A stretch of 55,171 bases of DNA from Lachnospiraceae bacterium (GTDB taxonomy: Bacteria > Bacillota > Clostridia > Lachnospirales > Lachnospiraceae). The position numbers and the translations under genes were made by a program. Below, one piece after another: positions 20,145-30,164 of the stretch (position 1 is its first letter; each line of letters starts with the position of its first letter). The notes under the pieces are model-generated. The model saw only the letters and a list, made by a program, of their open reading frames with translations. It did no database searches and had not been told where the DNA came from. The stretch is taken from positions 1-55,171 of the forward strand of contig JAQWCI010000001.1 in the NCBI GenBank assembly GCA_028706005.1, in the 5' to 3' direction.

Positions 20145-20173
20145 ATTTTACTAAATGACAGACAATTAAACAA
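20145..20173 (-). promoter_or_regulatory. Putative promoter of the EF-G paralogue
   Basis: TTGTTT-17 nt-TAAAAT on minus strand. Confidence 0.4.
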
Positions 20174-20286
20174 GCAATACTATGCATATTTACCATGCCT
20201 TAACAGATAAATCGCTGCAATGCGGGTAATCTGGTCGCTGACAGGTCATAATTATTGCTGTTTTAGCAGCGATTTTGATATATTAC

Positions 20287-20673
20287 CAGGAAAGTTAAGC
20301 ACTAACGACCGTGCTAACTGCTCCGTGCTTAACTTCGCAGATAATGTTTAGTGCCCGGAAGGATTTCACAGGAAAGTTAAGCACTAACGACCATACTAGC
20401 TGCTCCGTGCTTAACTTTCGCAGATAATGTTGGGTGCCCGGAAGGATTTCACAGGAAAGTTAAGCACTGACGACCATACTAGCTGCTCCGTGCTTAACTT
20501 TCGCAGATAATGTTGGGTGCCCGGAAGGCTTTTCACAGGAAAGTTAAGCACTAACGACTGTGCCAACTGCTCCGTGCTTAATTTTCGCAGATAATGTTGG
20601 GTGCCCGGAAGGATTTCACAGGAAAGTTAAGCACTAACGACTGTGCCAACTGCTCCGTGCTTAACTTTCGCAG
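20287..20673. repeat. Tandem array of ~83-bp palindromic units (4 full + 1 partial)
   Basis: Units start at 20287, 20369, 20452, 20536, 20619 (periods 82, 83, 84, 83). Each is GAAAGTTAAGCAC-22 nt-GTGCTTAACTTTC plus a ~35-nt linker. Confidence 0.97.
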
Positions 20674-20860
20674 TAAGTGGTTAATTACAGCCTGCCTGAT
20701 TTTGACCAACATGTTTACACTGGATTTCATAAACATCGACCGAATGCCCGTTATTTGTGATATCATCACTACAATATTTAACAGCGCATCCATTTGGCTT
20801 GCAAAGCCATTGTTTCTCAGCGCAATGGGGCAAACGCAGCCCCTCCATGGAGGAAATTCA

Positions 20861-21976
20861 ATGACTCAGGCACACAATAATTCTCACGTTCTCTCCTTCG
20901 GTTTCATCGGTCTCGGCCTTATCGGCGGCACAATTGCCAGGGCTATTCGCCGATACCACCAGGATGCAATAATTGTTGCATATAATCCGAGTAAAAATTC
21001 ATTGGATGAAGCAGTTGCTGATGGCGTGGTGAATGTCGCCACTCAGAGTATTGATGAGTCATTCTCTGATTGTGACTATATATTTCTCTGTGCTCCCGTG
21101 CATTGTAACGACGAGAACATAAGCCTGATAAAGCCTTATCTCAAGGAGACCGCTATTCTCACTGATATCGGATCAGTCAAAACTGATATCCACCTTTCAA
21201 TATCGAAAGCCGGCCTGAATTCTCAATTCATAGGCGGCCACCCCATGACCGGCTCAGAGCGCACCAAATACCGCAATTCAAAGGCTGAATTTCTTGAAAA
21301 TGCTTATTATATCCTGACTCCTGAAAGGGAAGTCCCAGAAGAAAAAGTATTCACTTTCGCTGAGATAATACGCTCACTCTGCGCCATCCCGCTTGTCCTG
21401 TCCAGTGACCAGCATGATTATGTGACAGCGGCGGTAAGCCATGTTCCACATGTTATTTCGGCAACGCTGGTAAATCTTGTCCGTGATAGCGATACGCCTG
21501 AAGGAATAATGAAGACTATTGCCGCAGGCGGATTCAAGGACATCACGAGAATCTCTTCCTCTTCACCTGTGATGTGGCAACAGATCTGTCTGACAAATCG
21601 AGACAATATTCTGAAGCTTCTTGATGATTACATTGCCGCATTAAGCGACAATAGAAATATAATTGCATCCGCTGATTCCGACGCTCTTTATAAACTTTTC
21701 GACAGCGCCAGAAAATATCGTGACAGCTTCTCCAGTTCACAGAGCGGCCCGATCCAGCAATCATTTGTTCTGCATATCACGATTGCCGATCGTCCGCATG
21801 CTCTTGCGCAGATTGTCGATCTTCTGGCAGATGAGAATATCAACATTAAGAACCTTGGCATCGTCCACAGCCGTGAGTTCGAGGAAGGCGTTCTCAGCCT
21901 TGAGCTTCATACCAGCGAAGGCATGAAACAGGCCGAGGCTGTGCTGCAGAGCAACGGCTACAGCTGTCATGAGTAA
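20861..21976 (+). CDS. tyrA: Prephenate dehydrogenase with C-terminal ACT domain
   Basis: GFIGLGLIGG, TDIGSVK, GGHPMTGSE, SHVPH, GGFKDITRI; ACT-like C-terminus. Start at 20861 after GGAGG; the track's longer N-terminus runs through the repeat. Confidence 0.92.
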   Translation: MTQAHNNSHVLSFGFIGLGLIGGTIARAIRRYHQDAIIVAYNPSKNSLDEAVADGVVNVATQSIDESFSDCDYIFLCAPVHCNDENISLIKPYLKETAILTDIGSVKTDIHLSISKAGLNSQFIGGHPMTGSERTKYRNSKAEFLENAYYILTPEREVPEEKVFTFAEIIRSLCAIPLVLSSDQHDYVTAAVSHVPHVISATLVNLVRDSDTPEGIMKTIAAGGFKDITRISSSSPVMWQQICLTNRDNILKLLDDYIAALSDNRNIIASADSDALYKLFDSARKYRDSFSSSQSGPIQQSFVLHITIADRPHALAQIVDLLADENINIKNLGIVHSREFEEGVLSLELHTSEGMKQAEAVLQSNGYSCHE

Positions 21977-22042
21977 TTTTCTTAACTTATTAGTTGAATG
22001 AAACAGACCTAAGGAATCTGAAAAAATCAAAAGACAGGTTAT

Positions 22043-23446
22043 ATGGAGGCTCAGATGATTTCTATAGAAAAAGCAGACACACCGCTTCATGGCACAATTA
22101 AGGTGCCCGGTGATAAATCAATATCACATCGTGCTGTTATGTTCAGCTCACTTTCAACAGGGGATACACATATAACAGGTTTTCTTAATGGGGCGGACTG
22201 TCTCTCCACTATAGATTGTTTCAGGCGCCTCGGTGTTAATATAGAGGTTGATGATGAAGCATGTGAAGTGACAGTTCATGGCAAAGGACTTCATGGGCTG
22301 AAATCGGAGAATACCGTTCCACTGTACACAGGCAACAGTGGAACGACAACAAGAATAATAAGTGGTATTCTTGCACCGCAGCAATTTACAACAATTCTTT
22401 CAGGCGATGACTCAGTCAATCAACGTCCCATGAAAAGAATAATCGAGCCTCTTTCAAAGATGGGCGCTGACATAAAATCAAAAAACGACAACGGCTGTGC
22501 GCCATTGATAATCAAGGGCTCAAAGCTTCAAGGGATAACATGGAAATCTGCAGTTGCATCAGCCCAGGTCAAATCAGCTGTTATCTGTGCAGGTCTTTAT
22601 GCTGATTCTGACACCACAGTCATTGAGCCGGCACTTTCAAGAGACCATACAGAGCGCATGCTCTCTTCACTTGGTGCTCATATTACAACAACAAAAGAAG
22701 CTGATGGATATCACGTCACAGTATCTCCTGCTGATGTGCTGATTTCTGTGGGTGATATTGCTGTTCCCGGAGATATTTCTTCGGCGGCTTTCTTTATGGT
22801 CGCGGCACTCATTGTGCCGGGGTCTGAAGTTTTGCTTGAAAATGTCGGTGTAAACCCGACCAGATCAGGAATAATCGATGTGCTTAAGGATATGGGCGGC
22901 AACATTGAGCTCACAAATAACAGGACTGTAGCCGGAGAACCAGTCGCAGATATTGTTGTTAAGTATTCTTCTCTTCACGGAACAACTATTTACGGTGACA
23001 TGATACCTGCACTTATAGATGAGCTACCTGTCATAGCTGTGGCTGCCGCTTTTGCTGATGGAACTACGACAATAAAAGATGCGGCAGAGCTCCGTGTTAA
23101 GGAATCTGACCGCATTGATGCAGTTGTTGAAGGACTGGCTTCAATGGGCGCCGATATTGAGGCTCTTGAAGACGGGATGATCATTCATGGAGTGGCTCCT
23201 GACAGTATAAATGCCAGTGCCAATAAATGCGGTTGTGGTAATGTTGTCAACGGTGGTGCTATAAATAACTATGCTCTTCATGGTGCCAGGATATCCTGTC
23301 ACAAAGACCATCGAATCGCCATGAGTTTTGCTGTATGTGCACTCGCAGCAGATGGCACAACTATTCTGGATGACGAGACCTGTGTGAATATCAGTTATCC
23401 TGGATTCTTCAAAGATCTAGTAAAGATACATAGCATCACCAAATGA
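22043..23446 (+). CDS. aroA: 3-phosphoshikimate 1-carboxyvinyltransferase
   Basis: [49 protein letters not shown]. Confidence 0.97.
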   Translation: MEAQMISIEKADTPLHGTIKVPGDKSISHRAVMFSSLSTGDTHITGFLNGADCLSTIDCFRRLGVNIEVDDEACEVTVHGKGLHGLKSENTVPLYTGNSGTTTRIISGILAPQQFTTILSGDDSVNQRPMKRIIEPLSKMGADIKSKNDNGCAPLIIKGSKLQGITWKSAVASAQVKSAVICAGLYADSDTTVIEPALSRDHTERMLSSLGAHITTTKEADGYHVTVSPADVLISVGDIAVPGDISSAAFFMVAALIVPGSEVLLENVGVNPTRSGIIDVLKDMGGNIELTNNRTVAGEPVADIVVKYSSLHGTTIYGDMIPALIDELPVIAVAAAFADGTTTIKDAAELRVKESDRIDAVVEGLASMGADIEALEDGMIIHGVAPDSINASANKCGCGNVVNGGAINNYALHGARISCHKDHRIAMSFAVCALAADGTTILDDETCVNISYPGFFKDLVKIHSITK

Positions 23447-24475
23447 GAAGAATCTGTACTTATCTTTCACGGCCACGTCGTATGCGTGCAATATCTTATC
23501 GCGGCCGCAGAAGGCCGAAACAAGCATGATCAGCGTTGATTCCGGCAGGTGGAAGTTCGTGATAAGTCCATCCATTATCTTGAATTTGTAACCGGGATAA
23601 ATGAATATTGATGTATTGTCAGCTCCGGCGTGGATAATCCCGTCCGGTGTTGATGCGCTCTCAACTGTCCTGCAGCTTGTCGTGCCGACACAGACTACTC
23701 TTTTGCCGTTCTCATGTGTTTTGTTAATAAGGTCTGCTGTCTCCTGCGTCACATGATACCATTCGGTATGCATATGGTGCTCTCGGACGTCGTCGACCTT
23801 TACAGGTCTGAATGTTCCAAGACCGACATGAAGTGTCACATAAGCGATGTTTACGCCCTTTGCGGCAATCTCATCAAGAAGTTCATTAGTGAAATGCAGA
23901 CCGGCAGTAGGAGCAGCGGCGCTGCCGTCAAACTTTGCGTATACAGTGTTGTACATCTCAGGGTTTTCAAGCTTATGAGTGATATATGGCGGAAGCGGCA
24001 TTTCACCGAGTCTGTCGAGAACTTCCTCGAATATCCCATCATAATGGAACTGAACAAGCCTGTTTCCTTCATCGACAACTTCAAGGATTTCAGCCGTAAG
24101 CAAGCCGTCACCGAAAGTCACCTTTGCACCCGGCCTCAGCTTCTTGCCTGGACGCACCAGTGTCTCCCAGATATCATTCTCACGGCGTTTCAGAAGAAGT
24201 ATTTCTACAGAAGCACCGGTATCGATCTTCGTTCCCATGAGCCTTGCCGGAATGACCTTTGTGTTGTTGAGGACAAGTGTTTCGCCGGGCTTAAGATAAT
24301 CTATAATATCCCTGAAGATCTTATGCTCAAGCTCACCGGTATCCTTATTCATGACAAGGAGTCTTGAAGATGCGCGGTCCTCAAGCGGGTCCTGAGCAAT
24401 AAGTTCTTTGGGCAGATCGAACCAGTAATCTGCTGTTGAATAACCCACAGGTACTTTTTCTGTATTTTGAACCAT
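23417..24475 (-). CDS. queA: S-adenosylmethionine:tRNA ribosyltransferase-isomerase
   Basis: [41 protein letters not shown]. Confidence 0.97.
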   Translation of the reverse strand: MVQNTEKVPVGYSTADYWFDLPKELIAQDPLEDRASSRLLVMNKDTGELEHKIFRDIIDYLKPGETLVLNNTKVIPARLMGTKIDTGASVEILLLKRRENDIWETLVRPGKKLRPGAKVTFGDGLLTAEILEVVDEGNRLVQFHYDGIFEEVLDRLGEMPLPPYITHKLENPEMYNTVYAKFDGSAAAPTAGLHFTNELLDEIAAKGVNIAYVTLHVGLGTFRPVKVDDVREHHMHTEWYHVTQETADLINKTHENGKRVVCVGTTSCRTVESASTPDGIIHAGADNTSIFIYPGYKFKIMDGLITNFHLPESTLIMLVSAFCGRDKILHAYDVAVKDKYRFFSFGDAMYLY

Positions 24476-24496
24476 TACGAACTCCTATCGGTAATA

Positions 24497-26917
24497 TCAG
24501 CTTCTTAAATCAATATCCATAGTAAACTTAAGCTTCCTAAGTATCTTCGAAACATATCCGTCTACTGTATCAGCCTTGAACTCTTCATCGCCAGGCGTGA
24601 ATGTGACGGTAAATGCCATCTGTTTCTTATCTGGCGGAATTGGAAGACCGGTGTAAACATCAAAGAGTTTTACGTCAGTGATGGCTTTGCAGGCGCCGTA
24701 AAGAGCATCTTCCACTTCTCCGCAGGTAACCTTGCTGTCCATGACAAGGGCAAGGTCCCTCTTTTCTACAGTGAACTTTGAAAGCGGTCTGAATGTCTCA
24801 ACTTTTCCGTATGACGGCCTCAGAGCCTGCAGGTCTATCTCAGCTATATAGCAGGGTACTCTCATGTCTTCATCGTTCTGTATGTCATATGAAAGCTGTC
24901 CAAGATAACCGATCTTGTTGCCATCACATACAATTGCAGCGGTGCGATACGGGTGAAGGAATGTTTTGACTTCAGGTTCATAAGAGAAATCAAGAAGCAG
25001 ATTATCAGCGACTGTCTCGCACATTCCCTTAAGTGTAAAGAAGTCTTCTTTTTCGCCCCAGATTCCCATGCACAGTGTCTGTCTCTCATCAGGATAATCT
25101 GTTAGCGGCAACGACTTGGGGATGAATCTGCTGCCTATCTCATAAAGGCGTCCATCAAGAGTCGCTTTTTTCTGGTTTCTGGAAATAGCATGTATCATTT
25201 CAGGAGCAAGCGTGGTGCGCATTATTGATAATTCTTCGTTTATGGGATTGATGATGCGAATGACATTGCGCTCGGGAGCATCTTTGTCAAGGCGCAGCAG
25301 ATCAAGATCAGATGGTGCAAAGAATGAATAGTGCATGCACTCGTATGCACCGTCAGCGCAGAGCGCGCGTCTTAGCTTGAGCTCAGTTCTCTGAATAAGG
25401 TTGCGTCCGCCCATTGTGACCTGTGCATCTTTGAGGAAGGTTGACTTTACATGATCATAGCCATACATACGAATAACTTCTTCGGCTATGTCCTGATATG
25501 ACTCCATATCTTCCCTGTAAGCCGGAATCTGAAGAGTAAGTTCATCGCCATTTATTGCGGGCTCCATTGAAAGGCCGCTAAGGACACGGATGATATCCTC
25601 ATCGGGAACAGTTATTCCGAGAACATCATTGACCTTCCTGACACTTGCTTTGATTTCTCTGGGTTCCAGAGAGTTGCCTGTATTGACATCAAAATGAGTT
25701 GATGAGATTTTTCCGGCTCCAAGTTCTTCAACAAGGTGAAGTGCGCGCCTCATGCCAAGTTCAGTCGTATACTCATAAACGCCTTTGCTGTATGCAGCGC
25801 TGGCATCTGAATTCTGTCCGAGAGCTCTTGCGCTCTTTCTGATATTGTCGCGGGCGAATTTGGCAGATTCAAAAGTGACGCTCGTTGTTGAGTCCTGAAT
25901 CTCAGAATCAAGACCGCCCATGATACCGGCAAGAGCCACAGGGCCTTTGCCGTCACAGATAAGCAGATTGTCATGTGTCAGGGTAAATTCTTTCTCATCA
26001 AGAGTCTGAATCTTCTCTCCGTCCTTCGCACGGCGGACAACGATCTCATTTCCGCGAAGATAACCGCCGTTAAAAGCATGCATAGGCTGCCCGATCTCAG
26101 TCATTACATAATTTGTGATATCAACTATATTAGAAATTGAATTGTGACCTGTGAGTGCAAGTCTTCTTCTCATCCAGGCAGGTGACTCACCGATCTTCAC
26201 GTCGTAAATATAGTGCGCGATATAGCGGGGGCACAGATCCTGAGCTTCTACAGATACCTTAAATCCCTCGTTCTTAACATCGCTCTCTTTATAATCAAGT
26301 GAAGGCATTTTGAGCGGTTTGCCGAGAACAGCCGCTATTTCGCGTGAAATTCCAAGTATACTCATGCAATCGGGGCGGTTCGCAGTGATCGAAATATCGT
26401 ATATCCAGTCATCAAGCCCGAGTATCGGCTTTGCGTCACTTCCTGCCGCCGAATCTTCCGGCAGCTCGAGAAGCCCGTTATATCCGGCTCCCGGATACAT
26501 GTCTTCATTTACACCGAGTTCAGTTCCTGAGCACAGCATTCCCTCTGAATCATAACCGCGAAGTTTGCCCTTGCTTATCGTCTCTATGCCTGTAACAGTG
26601 ACGTGATCCTTTGCAGTTGCAAGAACCTTTGCGCCGACCAGTGCCAGCGGAAATCTGGCTCCTGCGCGGACATTATCAGCTCCGCAACAGACCTGGAATG
26701 TACCTTTATCTCCGGCGTTTACCTGACATACATGAAGATGCGTATCAGGTATAGGTTCACATGTTTCGACGAGTCCTACAACTACACCTTCAATATCCTT
26801 GCCGACCTGATACAGCTCTTCTACTTCAAAACCGCATGAGAACAGTTTTGCCTGCAGCTCCTCCGGCGTAATATCAATATCCACATATTCTTTCAGCCAA
26901 CTTAATGGTGCTAACAT
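24497..26917 (-). CDS. pheT: Phenylalanine--tRNA ligase beta subunit
   Basis: tRNA-binding domain (CGADNV, SEGMLCS), TANRPD, GQPMHAF, EEVIRMYGY, FDX-ACB C-terminus. Confidence 0.97.
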   Translation of the reverse strand: MLAPLSWLKEYVDIDITPEELQAKLFSCGFEVEELYQVGKDIEGVVVGLVETCEPIPDTHLHVCQVNAGDKGTFQVCCGADNVRAGARFPLALVGAKVLATAKDHVTVTGIETISKGKLRGYDSEGMLCSGTELGVNEDMYPGAGYNGLLELPEDSAAGSDAKPILGLDDWIYDISITANRPDCMSILGISREIAAVLGKPLKMPSLDYKESDVKNEGFKVSVEAQDLCPRYIAHYIYDVKIGESPAWMRRRLALTGHNSISNIVDITNYVMTEIGQPMHAFNGGYLRGNEIVVRRAKDGEKIQTLDEKEFTLTHDNLLICDGKGPVALAGIMGGLDSEIQDSTTSVTFESAKFARDNIRKSARALGQNSDASAAYSKGVYEYTTELGMRRALHLVEELGAGKISSTHFDVNTGNSLEPREIKASVRKVNDVLGITVPDEDIIRVLSGLSMEPAINGDELTLQIPAYREDMESYQDIAEEVIRMYGYDHVKSTFLKDAQVTMGGRNLIQRTELKLRRALCADGAYECMHYSFFAPSDLDLLRLDKDAPERNVIRIINPINEELSIMRTTLAPEMIHAISRNQKKATLDGRLYEIGSRFIPKSLPLTDYPDERQTLCMGIWGEKEDFFTLKGMCETVADNLLLDFSYEPEVKTFLHPYRTAAIVCDGNKIGYLGQLSYDIQNDEDMRVPCYIAEIDLQALRPSYGKVETFRPLSKFTVEKRDLALVMDSKVTCGEVEDALYGACKAITDVKLFDVYTGLPIPPDKKQMAFTVTFTPGDEEFKADTVDGYVSKILRKLKFTMDIDLRS

Positions 26918-26987
26918 AATTACCTCCATGCCTGAGCGTTTCTTTATTTATGCGGCTGTCATTTGTCGCATAAGCACGTCGTGATTT

Positions 26988-28037
26988 CTATTCCTGATCA
27001 CCTATCTGATTCAGTACCTGAATATCAGACTCGAACAAAAGCTTTATATTGTTAATGCCATACTTAAGCATGGCAATACGCTCAAGTCCTATACCGAAAG
27101 CAAGTCCACTGTATTCGTCAGAATCAATACCGCAGTTCTCAAGCACCTTGCGGTTGACCACTCCTGCACCGAGCACCTCAATCCAGCCTGTACCTTTGCA
27201 CAGAGGGCAGCCCTTGCCGCCGCAGGCAAAACAACTGCAGTCGACCTCGACTGATGGCTCCGTGAACGGGAAATATGAAGGACGAAGTCTTGTTACAGTT
27301 TCCTCGCCGTATATTTTCTTTACAAAAACATCCAGCATACCCTTGAGGTCGCTGAGCGTGATTTTCTTGTCGACGACAAGTCCTTCCATCTGGGAAAACA
27401 TGGGAGAATGTGTAGCATCATCATCTGAACGGAAAACTTTTCCGGGAGAAAGTATCTTAATGGGAGGTTTCTTCTTCTCCATGACATGGATCTGCCCTGA
27501 TGATGTCTGAGTGCGGAGTAGGAACTCAGGAGAGAGATAAAAAGTATCCTGCATATCGCGGGCAGGATGATCCTTGGGCGTATTGAGTGCAGTGAAATTA
27601 TAATAGTCATTTTCAATTTCAGTGCCTTCATAGACTTCAAAACCCATTCCGGCGAAAACATCAATAAGTTCCTCGCGGACCTGTGTCACAGGATGAAGAT
27701 TGCCATGTGCGATCTTGACTGCCGGCATGGACACATCTATTTTTTCGGATTTATAGCGGGACTCGAGTTCCCTTTCTTTCATCTTCGCATCGATTTCTTC
27801 AAAACGCTGCGCGGCCCAGACTTTCAGCTCATTTACGGTTTTGCCGTATTCAGCTTTCTGCTCTGAGGGGACAGACCTCATATCCTGCATCAACAGGCCG
27901 ATCCTGCCCTTCTTTGAGTCGAGAAATTCTTTTCTCACTTCGTACGCCGATTTTGAGGAATCAAGAGACTCCGCTTTCTGCCTCAGTTCTTCCTTTATCT
28001 GCGCGGCTTTTTCTTTCAATTCTGATAGATCCGCCAT
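26988..28037 (-). CDS. pheS: Phenylalanine--tRNA ligase alpha subunit
   Basis: [34 protein letters not shown]. Confidence 0.98.
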   Translation of the reverse strand: MADLSELKEKAAQIKEELRQKAESLDSSKSAYEVRKEFLDSKKGRIGLLMQDMRSVPSEQKAEYGKTVNELKVWAAQRFEEIDAKMKERELESRYKSEKIDVSMPAVKIAHGNLHPVTQVREELIDVFAGMGFEVYEGTEIENDYYNFTALNTPKDHPARDMQDTFYLSPEFLLRTQTSSGQIHVMEKKKPPIKILSPGKVFRSDDDATHSPMFSQMEGLVVDKKITLSDLKGMLDVFVKKIYGEETVTRLRPSYFPFTEPSVEVDCSCFACGGKGCPLCKGTGWIEVLGAGVVNRKVLENCGIDSDEYSGLAFGIGLERIAMLKYGINNIKLLFESDIQVLNQIGDQE

Positions 28038-28073
28038 AACTTAACTTACCTCCTGATAAAAAATCCCAACATA

Positions 28074-28264
28074 ATACCCGAAGTGCCGCCTTCTGCTTTT
28101 GACTCCTAGCTATAAGCCAGGTGGGTTATCCCAGCGCCGACATTTGTCTTCCTCTCCCATAGCCCTGAGGCCGAAGGCGTGACAGCCGCTGGCGAAATAT
28201 CGATATCCCGTTTAAAGTAAATGTAGGTTCAAAAATACAGAAGTTTACCGAACACTTCAGGCAC
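28074..28264 (-). ncRNA. ssrS: 6S RNA (SsrS)
   Basis: Minus strand CCTGAAGTGTTCG pairs with the 3' end CGGCACTTCGGG; CTTCTG..TTTTGAACCT pairs with AGGAGTCAAAAGCAGAAGG; central CGGGA/CCCACCTG bubble closure. This ~190-nt rod matches the clostridial 6S pattern as I recall it. TATAAT at 28274-28269. Confidence 0.8.
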
Positions 28265-28294
28265 TTTCATTATACAACATATTTACAGCAGATA

Positions 28295-30145
28295 CTATTT
28301 GCTGATCGCTTCTGTTGCATCGATCAGCCACTGCTTTATATCCCTGTCTTTATCAGATTCGAAATACGGCAGCATCTCTTCTCTGCATTGTCTGTGGTAT
28401 TCGTTCAGTTCTGCCATCTCCCGGTCACTGAGATACTGAGGGTCGATAAGCTCTTTGTCGAGAGGCACAAAGGTGAGCGGGTCAAAACATAAGAACTCGC
28501 CATCTGTTGTTTTGCATTTCGGAACACAGATGAGGATAGTCTCGATCCTTATCCCGAACTTGCCTTCTTTATAAACACCCGGCTCATCAGAAACAATCAT
28601 TCCGGGCAGGAACTCCACTGCGTCTGCGCCTTTGGAGAAACGCCATCTGATGTTCTGAGGCCCTTCATGAACATTGAGGACATATCCTATCCCATGACCT
28701 GTGCCGCACTTGTAGTCGCTTCCGACAGCCCAGAGCGGCTCGCGTGCGAGTATGTCAAGATTCCTGCCTGTGCATCCTTTCATGAACGAAGCATTGAGAA
28801 GTCCGAGATTACCCGCAGCAGTAAGAGTATAGCTCTTCTTCATTTCATCTGTGACTTTTCCGAGAGCCATAGTCCTTGTCATATCAGTTGTGCCGCGGTA
28901 ATATGTCCCGCCGCAGTCCATCAGGAGCATGCCTTCTCTTTTAAGCTTTGAAGAGTGATCCGCGGACGGCTCATAATGCATCATTGCAGCATTCGGGCCT
29001 GTAGCTGTTATAGTGCCGAATGAAAGCTCAATGAAATCATGTATCTCTTTTCTAAGCGAATCCATCTTCACGGCCGCATCATATTCTGTGATGTTACTTA
29101 TGTCAGCCTCATGTGTGAGCCAGTAGATAAAACGGCATACAGCGGCAGAATCTTCTTTGTAGATGTCCCTGATATTCCTGATCTCCACAGGATTCTTGAC
29201 GGCTTTCATGATTGTTATCGGGCTCTCTGCCTGAATGAGTTTGACAGGCGATGTGTGACAGGACAGATGCTCGCAGTTCCTTATTCCGGCCTTTATCGTC
29301 AGGTAAAGACCGTAGCTGACTGACTCGGGATCATACATCACGTTGCCCATGTAATTGAATTCCTTAAGGAAACGATCAAAATCGCCGTATGGCATTATTT
29401 CGATCTTATGCTTATCACATGTTTTGCGGATCTCTTCAGTCACTTCGTCATTCTGAACGAATATGATCTGTTTATCCATTGAAAAGAAGCCGTAAGAAAG
29501 CGCAACAGGGTTACACTCAACATCATTTCCTCTTAAGTTCGTCAGCCACATGAGATCATCAAGTTTTGCGCATACATAATATGACGCGCCATTATCTCTC
29601 ATTACGTCGCGGAGCCGGCCGACCTTTTCGGCAAAACTCTCACCTGCCTGCTCATCGCTTAGCTCGAACATCGGATGACAAGGAAGAAGCGGTCTGTCTT
29701 TCCATATAGGGTCGCCGAGATCTTCATTGCACTTTATGGTTATGTTCCTGCCGGCCAGTAATTCTGCAAGACCGGCGCCCTCTCTTCTGCTGACACATCT
29801 GCCGTCAAAGCCAAGGACTTCTCCGTCATCCATGTTTTCAAAGAGCCAGGTCGGAATGTCGGGCACGCCCGGTTCCATCATCTTCATAAGCTGAATGCCG
29901 GACCCTTTTATCTGCTGAGTGGCCTGTATCCAGTAACGACCGTCTGTCCATAATCCTGCCCAGTCGTGTCCGACGACAAGTGTTCCGTTTGATCCGTCAA
30001 AACCTGAGAAAAATTCTCTCTCCTTGAAATAATCAGCAGAATACTCTGACTGGTGAAAATCTGCTGTGGGAATCATATAATAGCTGATTCCCTCCTGTTT
30101 CATTGCTTTTCTTAGTTCTTTGATACGTCCTGAATAGATGTTCAT
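28295..30145 (-). CDS. Xaa-Pro aminopeptidase (M24B, aminopeptidase P family)
   Basis: DFHQSEY, WTDGRY, DCGG..GTTD.TRT, GTGHGIG..LNVHEGP, SDEPG, GIRIE. Confidence 0.93.
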   Translation of the reverse strand: MNIYSGRIKELRKAMKQEGISYYMIPTADFHQSEYSADYFKEREFFSGFDGSNGTLVVGHDWAGLWTDGRYWIQATQQIKGSGIQLMKMMEPGVPDIPTWLFENMDDGEVLGFDGRCVSRREGAGLAELLAGRNITIKCNEDLGDPIWKDRPLLPCHPMFELSDEQAGESFAEKVGRLRDVMRDNGASYYVCAKLDDLMWLTNLRGNDVECNPVALSYGFFSMDKQIIFVQNDEVTEEIRKTCDKHKIEIMPYGDFDRFLKEFNYMGNVMYDPESVSYGLYLTIKAGIRNCEHLSCHTSPVKLIQAESPITIMKAVKNPVEIRNIRDIYKEDSAAVCRFIYWLTHEADISNITEYDAAVKMDSLRKEIHDFIELSFGTITATGPNAAMMHYEPSADHSSKLKREGMLLMDCGGTYYRGTTDMTRTMALGKVTDEMKKSYTLTAAGNLGLLNASFMKGCTGRNLDILAREPLWAVGSDYKCGTGHGIGYVLNVHEGPQNIRWRFSKGADAVEFLPGMIVSDEPGVYKEGKFGIRIETILICVPKCKTTDGEFLCFDPLTFVPLDKELIDPQYLSDREMAELNEYHRQCREEMLPYFESDKDRDIKQWLIDATEAISK

Positions 30146-30164
30146 TTGTTGCTACCTTCTTTAT

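Noticed and set aside
20287-20673. CRISPR array
   Set aside because: Sequences between the arms are near-identical copies rather than unique spacers, arms alternate in orientation, and no cas genes are in the window.
20287-20673. TIGR-type guide array
   Set aside because: Units are ~83 nt rather than ~36 nt, there are no paired unique spacers or clear box C/D motifs, and no Nop-domain (Tas) gene is nearby.
20578-20860. 89-aa N-terminal extension of TyrA and the antisense 71-aa ORF
   Set aside because: Both run through the non-triplet repeat; the GGAGG RBS and the Rossmann motif place the start at 20861.
20780-20860. Riboswitch or T-box in the tyrA leader
   Set aside because: Only two small hairpins (TGGCTT/AAGCCA, GGGGC/GCCCC); too short for a T-box and no aptamer consensus I recognise.
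28074-28264. Phe T-box upstream of pheS
   Set aside because: No AAnnnGGGTGGnACC T-box motif or specifier loop on the sense strand; end-to-end pairing fits 6S RNA better.
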